In this document: piece by piece, positions 55,690-64,000 of the stretch
Position numbering within the stretch: the first letter of the stretch is position 1
Layout: each line of letters opens with the position of its first letter
DNA from: Octopus vulgaris
Lineage: Eukaryota
Assembly: GCA_951406725.2 (NCBI GenBank)
Contig: OX597822.1
Coordinates: 64,232,001 to 64,296,000, forward strand
Direction of reading: 5' to 3'
Length of the DNA: 64,000 nucleotides
Made by a program: the position numbers and the translations under genes
Notes under the pieces: generated by a model
What the model saw: only the letters and a program-made list of their open reading frames with translations
Databases searched by the model: none
Told to the model about the DNA's origin: nothing

Positions 55690-55911
55690 GATTTAGCATT
55701 TGAACCGTCCATATCCGGCCAAAATATATTCTGCCTGTTTTGTGTTCAAATCAACCGGATCCAGCCTCTCACTCCTACATCACAATGTTGTTCTAAACGT
55801 AACACAAATCCCGTTAATGAAATCTTCAAGCTACAAGATAATGGCTGATTAATTTAAAACTGAATGAATAAGCTTTAGGTTTGATAAAGTAATCTGAATG
55901 CTACAGGTTAA
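55690..55911. mobile_element. Degenerate piggyBac-like MITE
   Basis: TTTAGCATT..AATGCTACAGG followed by TTAA; left end eroded. Confidence 0.35.
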
Positions 55912-56430
55912 AGATTGGTGGTCTGAAGAGAATGGTCGAAATTATCGCGACATTATTTTTGAGGCGAACATATGTAGAACGTTACCTGAACAGTGGTTTT
56001 TCGATGCCGTGTTTTCCCGAGAATCGTTACACACTAGAAGAGTGTATCCAACTATCAAGTCTTTCCCAGAAGCAATGATATATAGCGACCTGGGACGAAC
56101 ATATTTGCATATTTCAAAGATATCTGGCTACAAAAACACAAAATCAGATAGATGTATGATCTAAAGGTTAAAGATTGGTGGTTTGAACAGAATTGCCGAA
56201 ATTATCGCGACATTATTTTTGAGGCGAAAATATAACGAAGGTAGAACGTTACCAGGACATTGGGTTTTCGATACCATGCTTTCTCGAGAATCGTTACACA
56301 CTACAAGAGTGCATCCAACTATTAATTCTTCCCGGAAACAATGATATACAGCGACCTGGGACGAACATATTTGCATATTTCAGAGATATCTGGTTACTAA
56401 AACACAAAATCAGATTGACGTATGGTCTAA
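55905..56430. repeat. Head-to-tail tandem duplication, ~260-bp unit x2
   Basis: AGGTTAAAGATTGGTGGT at 55905 and 56165; alignable throughout. Confidence 0.92.
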
Positions 56431-57313
56431 ACTCAGAAGATAGAGAGACGAACATAAATACATTGAGGTATTTAGTCGAAGAACTCAATATTTGTTGCCA
56501 TATTCTTGGTACTTTTTTTATCGATTTCAGTAGGAAAAACTTATTTCCAACGAAAACGAGTAGAATTTGAAATCAAAAGAAATTACAGAGTGTTAAGAAA
56601 GAGATAACTTTTTTTCATTCAATCTACTTGCACACTATCGTAGCAAATTTCTTCATTACACAAAACGACCCTGCTTAGAACGTCAGATCCTTACCGCAAA
56701 GTTTCTTCGAAGAAAGTTCTACTTCAAAACGTTGGAACTTACACCGGCCTTTCTTCTTTTTTTCCGTAGAAGAATCCAGTATAAAACGTACGGAAATTAC
56801 TTTTCCTCACGGCACAAAGCTTACATTAATTTACAAATTGTTGCTGTTACTATTATTATTATTATTATTATTACGGTCGATCACCAGACGATCACCAATT
56901 TACTCAAACTTTAGTGTTGTTTTGTTTTGTTTTGTTCTCTAAATGAAGACAAATTGAATGATTTCTAGTTCTTTTATTTTTTATTTTAAATTAAACATAC
57001 GCCAGATGTGAATTGTTATAAAGTGAGAGGAGAGTTTTGGAGACAATATAAGATTAATTAAGATAGCGTTAATTAAAATATTTACCGATTCTGTATTAGA
57101 ATCGTGTAGATGATTGCCTCTGTGTCATGTAATTGAAAGTTACAAAGATATCATTTGTTAATTAGCTTTCTAGTTAATTAAACATAATAAACACGCATCC
57201 GAACTAACGAGTGAGTATTTACAAAGTTATTGGTCAACCTGCTTGAAATAGCAGCAAAATCGCCCTCAGATAACGCACTATCGTCATAAAAGCAAATTGA
57301 CATATACGATGTA

Positions 57314-58586
57314 CGAGGGACGTTCAATAAGTAATGCCTCTGATCCACTTGCAGTTGTTTGATCTAGCTGAAAGTTTGCATGTGCAATTATTTATATCTC
57401 TATAGATTAAGTGGCAAATTACAGCTCTGAGCCAATTGTGGTTTCTGATTTACAGGTGTTTGAACTGAGTCAAGTGTGAAATGGAGCCTGTTGAGTGTCG
57501 AGCAGTGATCCGGTTTTTGTATTTGAAAGGACGCACACCACAGGAGACTTTTGATGAAATGAAAGTAACTTATGGTGATGATGCCCCATCATATGACCTT
57601 GTAATTCAAACATGGTCGGAACTCTGTGGAAACAGCTCCCAGATCTGGTCACCCCCTTCTGCCATTGATGAGGCATCTGTCCGTCAAGTTGAGGCTGCCA
57701 TTTTGGAAGATCGATGCATAACTATTCGCCAAATAGCCCACGAGGTCAAGATTAGTACCGGGTCTGTGGAAACTATCATTCATGACCATTTGCATATGCA
57801 AAAGGTGTCTGCCAGATGGATTCCCAGGTTGCTCACACCTTTCCAGAAGCAAGAACGCGTCGAGTGCTCGAGGATGAATTTGGAGATGTGCCAAGAAGTT
57901 GAGTCAAAATTTTTCAAAAGACTGATTACACAGGATGAAACCTGGGTCCATCACTATGATTCAGAGACCAAAGCCCAGTCAATGCAGTGGAAGCACCGTG
58001 ACTCACCTCCTCCAAAGAAGGCAAGGTCAAGCCCTCCGCTGGCAAGGTCATGCTCACAGTCTTCTGGGACCAGGACGGAGTAGTGATGACAGATTTCCTG
58101 GCAAAGGGTACCACAATTACAGGAGCCTATTATGCTTCCCTTTTGAGGAAATTATGAGAAGCTATCAAAATAAAGAGGTGGGGCAAGATCAGCAAAGGCA
58201 TCCTCCTCCTGCAGGACAACGCTCCGGTCCACAACTCGCGTGTCGCCAGATCAGAAGCACAGGCGTGCTGCTATGAACTCCTCCCCCATCCCCCCTACGC
58301 TCCTGACCTTGCACCCTCTGATTTTCACCTCTTCCCAGCCATGAAGTTTTTTTGAAAGGAACGCATTTCACAGATGATGCAGCCTTGATTTCTAAAGTCA
58401 CGTCGTGTTTGGAGGACCAAACTGGGGTCTTCTACAAAAACGGTCTCCAGCGCTGCATCAAACGATGGCAGAAATGCGTAACTCTGGGTGGCACCTATGT
58501 AGAAAAAGACTAATAACTGTGCCAAGTTTCGTTGCTCTACTACTATGGGGAGTGGGTCAGGGGCATTACTTATTGAACGCCCCTCG
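57314..58586 (+). mobile_element. Near full-length mariner transposon (irritans/Himar1-like, DD34D), 1273 bp
   Basis: 36-bp TIRs CGAGGG(A/G)CGTTCAATAAGTAATGCC(T/C)CTGA(T/C)CCACT (33/36 identical); TA at 57312-57313 and 58587-58588. Confidence 0.97.
57481..58513 (+). pseudogene. Mariner transposase pseudogene
   Basis: Motifs WIPRLLT, ITQDETWVHHYD, LLQDNAPVH-(34 residues)-YAPDLAPSDFHLF and KRWQKCV..GTYVEKD*. Frameshifts near 57603, 57655, 58025 and 58350; in-frame TGA at 58155. Confidence 0.95.
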
Positions 58587-58695
58587 TAATAGTAGATATT
58601 CAAAAGATTAGTAATTTATAAGTGGGACGCCTTTGATCAGAGGTCTTCTTGTTCAGTTCTAAATTAGGGCTATACAACAACAACAACAACAACTA

Positions 58696-59053
58696 GTAGA
58701 GGCACAATGGCCCAGTGGTTAGGTCAGCGGACCCGCGGTTGTAAGAAGGCGGTTTCGATCCCCAGACCGGGCATTGTGTGTGTTTATTGAGCAAAAACAC
58801 CTAAGCTCCATGTGGATCTGGCGGCGGGGGATGGATGGTGAACCCCGCTATACTCTTTCACGACAACTTTCTCTCACTCCTTCTTCCTACTTCTGCCACA
58901 AAGCAGAGGAACCATGGTGTAACCCACTATGGTGTGGTAAACTTTCATACCCTAGTCTAGATTGCGAATCCTCTGTACCCCAGGATGGTTCAGCTCTCCA
59001 CCCGTTAAAAGCCACCGTTTACGGAATGAGTATAACAACGTAGCTTTCGCGCC
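58696..59053 (+). mobile_element. tRNA-headed SINE, same family as 1382-2001, 3'-truncated
   Basis: Colinear with the reverse complement of 1646-2000 up to GCTTTCGCGCC. Confidence 0.9.
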
Positions 59054-59055
59054 CA

Positions 59056-59645
59056 TGCATAAAAGGCAACTTGAAGGAACTGCAAATCAGTGTGAAGAAC
59101 TGGGAAGAATTAGTTTTGGAAAGAGCTGAGTAGAGGAAGCGTATAAGGTAAGGTTGCAAAACTTTTCAAGCGGGTCACCGCGAGCACGAAAGCCTAAAGC
59201 ACCGGCAACGGAGGGGCTGTCATCAGAAACTCAACGAGATGATAAACTATTGAAGGATACGAAACGTGTGTGACCGTGTACTCCTTTTCAACTCTGGGTA
59301 TGTCGACGATCTGAAGTTCCCTGAAAGATCAATTGTATGCAACTTCTTTCCTCTTAGAGTGGGTGATTTGAAATATTTTAGTGTGTGAAAGGGATTGCAA
59401 GTTGATTTCGTGTCAGCAGAGACATATGGCGGTTCACAGGGATCTTGTCTCACAAAGAGATCCGGTCAGTCCAGTGAAGTTTTAACTTTGGTCTGTCACC
59501 TATGCTTCAAACTGTGCAGGTCTGCAGCGGAACTGAATAATCATGCGATAGGGCATAGAAAGAATGGCAGAAAAGCCATTGACAACAAAGAAGCTCAGAG
59601 AGACTACAATCATCTGTGGTGATGGATCGAGCACCATGTACGTAC
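59056..59645 (+). pseudogene. RTE LINE 3' end with degenerate C2H2-like zinc fingers
   Basis: CIKGNLKELQISVKNWEELVLERAE*RKRIR*GCKTF and CHLCFKLCRSAAELNNHAIGH; ends CACCATGTACGTAC. Confidence 0.75.
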
Positions 59646-59935
59646 TTATGATTCCACCCCCTCCAAGATTGATCTAATTTCTCCTTTATGGAGTTCAAGC
59701 CAATCGCTAAAAAAGTGAGAAGACATTCCGGGGTTTGCGAATATGTGGTTGAGTTAGTGCGTGCATATATGAGGGCCTATGCACCTACGCTTATGCTCTG
59801 TACACGAATATTTATAATTGTGTTTTATACATACATACATGCATACATACATACATACATACATACATACATACACGCATGTATGCATGCATACATTTAT
59901 ATATATGTAAGTATGCATATATATATGTATGTATA

Positions 59936-59993
<58 letters not shown>

Positions 59994-59997
<4 letters not shown>

Positions 59998-60400
59998 TGT
60001 GTGGTAAATAGCTTGCTTACCAACCATATGGTTCCGAGTTCATTCCCACTGCGTGGCACCTTGGGCAAGTGTCTTCTACTATAGCCTCGGACCCACCAAA
60101 GCCTTGTGAGTGGATTTGGTAGACGGAAACTGAAAGAAGACCGTCGTATATATGTATATATATATATGTATGTGTATGTGTTTGTGTGTCTGTGTTTGTC
60201 CCCCCAACATCGCTTGACAACCGATGCTGGTGTGTTTACGTCCCCGTAACTTAGCGGTTCGGCAAAAGAGACCGATAGAATAAGTACTAGGCTTACAAAG
60301 AATAAGTCCTGAGGTCGATTTGCTCGACTAAAAGGTGGTGCTCCAGCATGGCCACAGTCAAATGACTGAAACAAGTAAAAGAGAAAAGAGAGTAAAGAGT
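59994..60400 (+). mobile_element. SINE family B, near full length
   Basis: Matches the family consensus. Confidence 0.92.
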
Positions 60401-60535
60401 ATATATATTACCATATATATATATATGTATATATATATACATACATATACGCACGTACATATATATTCATATATATATTCATCACCACCATCACTCTTAG
60501 GACAACAGCAACACCCTCTACTACTACTACTACTG

Positions 60536-60570
<35 letters not shown>

Positions 60571-61785
60571 ACTACTACTACTGTTACTACTGCTTAATTA
60601 CCTTTCAGTAATATGGTTAATTTCGTTCTGGGCATTATGGGATATAACTGCATGACGATATAATATGTGAAGAGCCGGGGCTATTGTTGAAGGGAAACGC
60701 GTAAGAAGCTTCAATTTGCTTATTTAGGGGGAAAAAAAAAAGAAGTTAACATGGAGAGAGTGCAGTCAAAATATATCCTAGGGCAAGTGCTGATAAGTGT
60801 ATTATCTTAATGCTCTTTTAAGAAGTTCCCAAATGATTGCTTTCTATTAAATTTTTGCGACAAACGAAGAATTCTGAAAGGAATCTTCGTGAAAAAAACA
60901 AGAATATTCTTTTGGGATTTGCTTTGAATATTTGAACATCAGATATTTCCAGAATGGAAACATATTTTTTAAATGAGATAGCGAAACGTTCTTAAACACT
61001 ATATATGTACAAAGTCCCTCCCTTCCTTAATGGTTCTCTGTCCCCGCCATTCCCTCCCCCCATTTACAATATATATCTACTCATCTTCGTTGTCTAGCTT
61101 GTGTAGAGAGGGAATTGTTTTTCATTTTAACATGACTATTAAGAAAGAAAGAAAAAACGGGGGCAAAAACACAAAGCATAAATAGGGCAATTTCAGTGAA
61201 ATGAAAATACATTTAGCGCCCTCTAAGAATTTTCTTAAGGCACCAAATTCTGATTGTTGGTAATGATTTTCTGATAAATTGAGTTACTATGTTACTGATA
61301 TCGTTGCTATTCGTTTCGCTGCTGGTAATGTTGTTACGGTGTGGAATAAAATGGTAGATTCATCAGTATTTAACTATGTCTGGGTTTCGTTTGTGTTCCA
61401 AACTTATGGTCGGCCACTTTGCCTTTCATTGTTGCGGGACGAACAGCTTCTGACATTTATTCTTAAGTTAGAAATTACTATCGCTAATATTAGCCTGTTT
61501 GTTGAGGCGACGAGCTGACTGATTCGTTACCGCGCCTGACAAAAATACTTAACGGCAATACGCTCCGAGTTCAAATTGCACCGAGGGCGACTTTTCATCC
61601 TTTCGAGGTCATTAATATAAGTACCAGTTGCAGCATTAAGAGTATTTTAACTCTTATTTCTAGCAATGTAGGTGCCCCGGCATCCTAAGTCACACTTAGT
61701 GACGATCAAATTTTTCATTTATGGTATCACATTGCGCCTGGCTATTTATATTAATTTATAGATACATATATAAGTATGTATGTTT

Positions 61786-61859
<74 letters not shown>

Positions 61860-62093
61860 GTATATATATATATACATGTATATATATATTTCGTTTTGGG
61901 ATTTGGTTTGCAAGATTCTTTATGTGAGTTCGTGTGTTGAAGCATATTCTGTTGTGTCTGGGGAGAGTCATTTTCTTTTTGTGCCTTATAATTTAACACA
62001 CTCACCGGTAAAATTTCCACTTATTTCTTAATTTTATTTTTCTAACATTTTCGTTTCGTCTTGCAACCTTTCAATACATACACACACATACAT

Positions 62094-62167
<74 letters not shown>

Positions 62168-62352
62168 CTGTGTGTGTTGAGTACTTCTTTCTTTCGTTTG
62201 TTCGCTCATACTTCTACATACATACGCACACGCACTCACACACAGACAGTCACACACTCACACACTCACACACGTAAGTTGTAATAATGAAGTCAAACCA
62301 AATAGAGATTTTATGAGATCATTTAATACGCACGTGTTAGGTTTATATAATC

Positions 62353-62575
62353 TTTTCTTCTCTAGCCACAAGGCCCGAAATTTTTTTTGGGGGGTGGGTA
62401 GGGGCCAATCTATTAGATTGACCCCAGTACGCAACTGCTACTTAATTTTATCGACTCCCGAAGGATGAAGGGCAAAATCGATTCCGACGGAATTTGAACT
62501 CAGAACGTAAAGACAGACGACGTGTCGCTAAGCATTTCGCCCGGTGTGCTAGCGTTTCTGCCAGCTCGCCGCCTT
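62353..62575 (-). mobile_element. SINE family A monomer
   Basis: Reverse complement of head, core and tail. Confidence 0.88.
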
Positions 62576-62581
62576 GTCTGG

Positions 62582-63192
<611 letters not shown>

Positions 63193-63263
63193 TGAAAAAA
63201 ATAGGAAATTTATCTATTACGTGAAACTTTCTCTAAGCATTTCAATGGTTTCAAAATATCACT

Positions 63264-63450
63264 ATGTTTGTATGTATGTATGTATGCATGTATGTATGCA
63301 TGTGTGTATGTATGTATGTATGTATGCATGTATGTGTGTATGTATGTATGCATGTATGTTAGTATGTATTTATGTATGTTTGTATGTATGTATGTATGTA
63401 TGTATGTATGTATGTATGCGTGTATGTATGTATGTTTGTTTGTATGTATG

Positions 63451-63482
<32 letters not shown>

Positions 63483-63586
63483 TGTATGTATGTATGTGTG
63501 TATGTGTGTATGTGTCTATGTGTGTATGTTTGTATGTATGTTTGTATGTATGTATGTTTGTATGTATGTTTGTACGTATGTACGTT

Positions 63587-63637
<51 letters not shown>

Positions 63638-63788
63638 GTATGTTTGTATGTATGTATGTATATATGTATGTATGTATATATGTATGTATTCATGTATGTA
63701 TGTTTTTACGTATGCGTGTATGCATGTATGTATGTATGTATGTATGTATGTATGTATGTATGTATGTATGTATGTATGTATGTATGTG
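63264..63788. repeat. (TATG)n microsatellite; another at 63890-64000
   Basis: Directly visible. Confidence 0.95.
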
Positions 63789-64000
63789 AGTGTTTAGTTT
63801 TATTTCAACATTTCTTGCCAATAGGGAAAGAGCCGGTTTCTAACCTAGATTTCTTCATTGGAATTTCACCATCAACAACAAAGTATTTTTGTATGCGTGT
63901 ATGTATATATGAATGTATGTGTGTATGTATGTATGCATGCATGTATGTATGTATGTATGTATGTATGTATGTATGTATGTATGTATGTATGTTTGTATGT

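Noticed and set aside
57935-58276. 113-aa ORF and antisense ORFs inside the mariner
   Set aside because: Alternative frames of the disrupted transposase

Overview
This is AT-rich, repeat-dense eukaryotic genomic DNA, not a prokaryotic locus. The SINE families and the density of (TA)n/(CA)n/(TATG)n/(TATC)n tracts suggest a cephalopod, probably Octopus (inference from pattern recognition). Almost every entry in the ORF track is a microsatellite or SINE read-through artefact. The window holds two abundant tRNA-derived SINE families: family A, Meta-domain-like and often in 184-bp head-to-tail multimers, and family B, with an internal microsatellite. It also holds several modular tRNA-headed SINEs, a near full-length dead irritans-type mariner (57314-58586), a rearranged cecropia-type mariner, and a maT/Tc1 fragment. 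Other components are RTE and CR1 LINE fragments, a Penelope (GIY-YIG) 3' end, MITEs and foldbacks, a Helitron-like element and an initiator-tRNA-Met pseudogene. Two to three short candidate + strand exons may belong to a large-intron host gene. The best leads are (1) short elements carrying minimal hammerhead ribozymes with recurrent non-canonical cores, several sitting in TA-rich microsatellites including those inside SINE B; (2) a Penelope terminus combining a tRNA-like Pol III module with a hammerhead; and (3) SINE multimers with a fixed, self-complementary junction. Protein family calls come from manual translation and remembered consensus motifs; no database search was run, and the boundaries of degenerate repeats are approximate.
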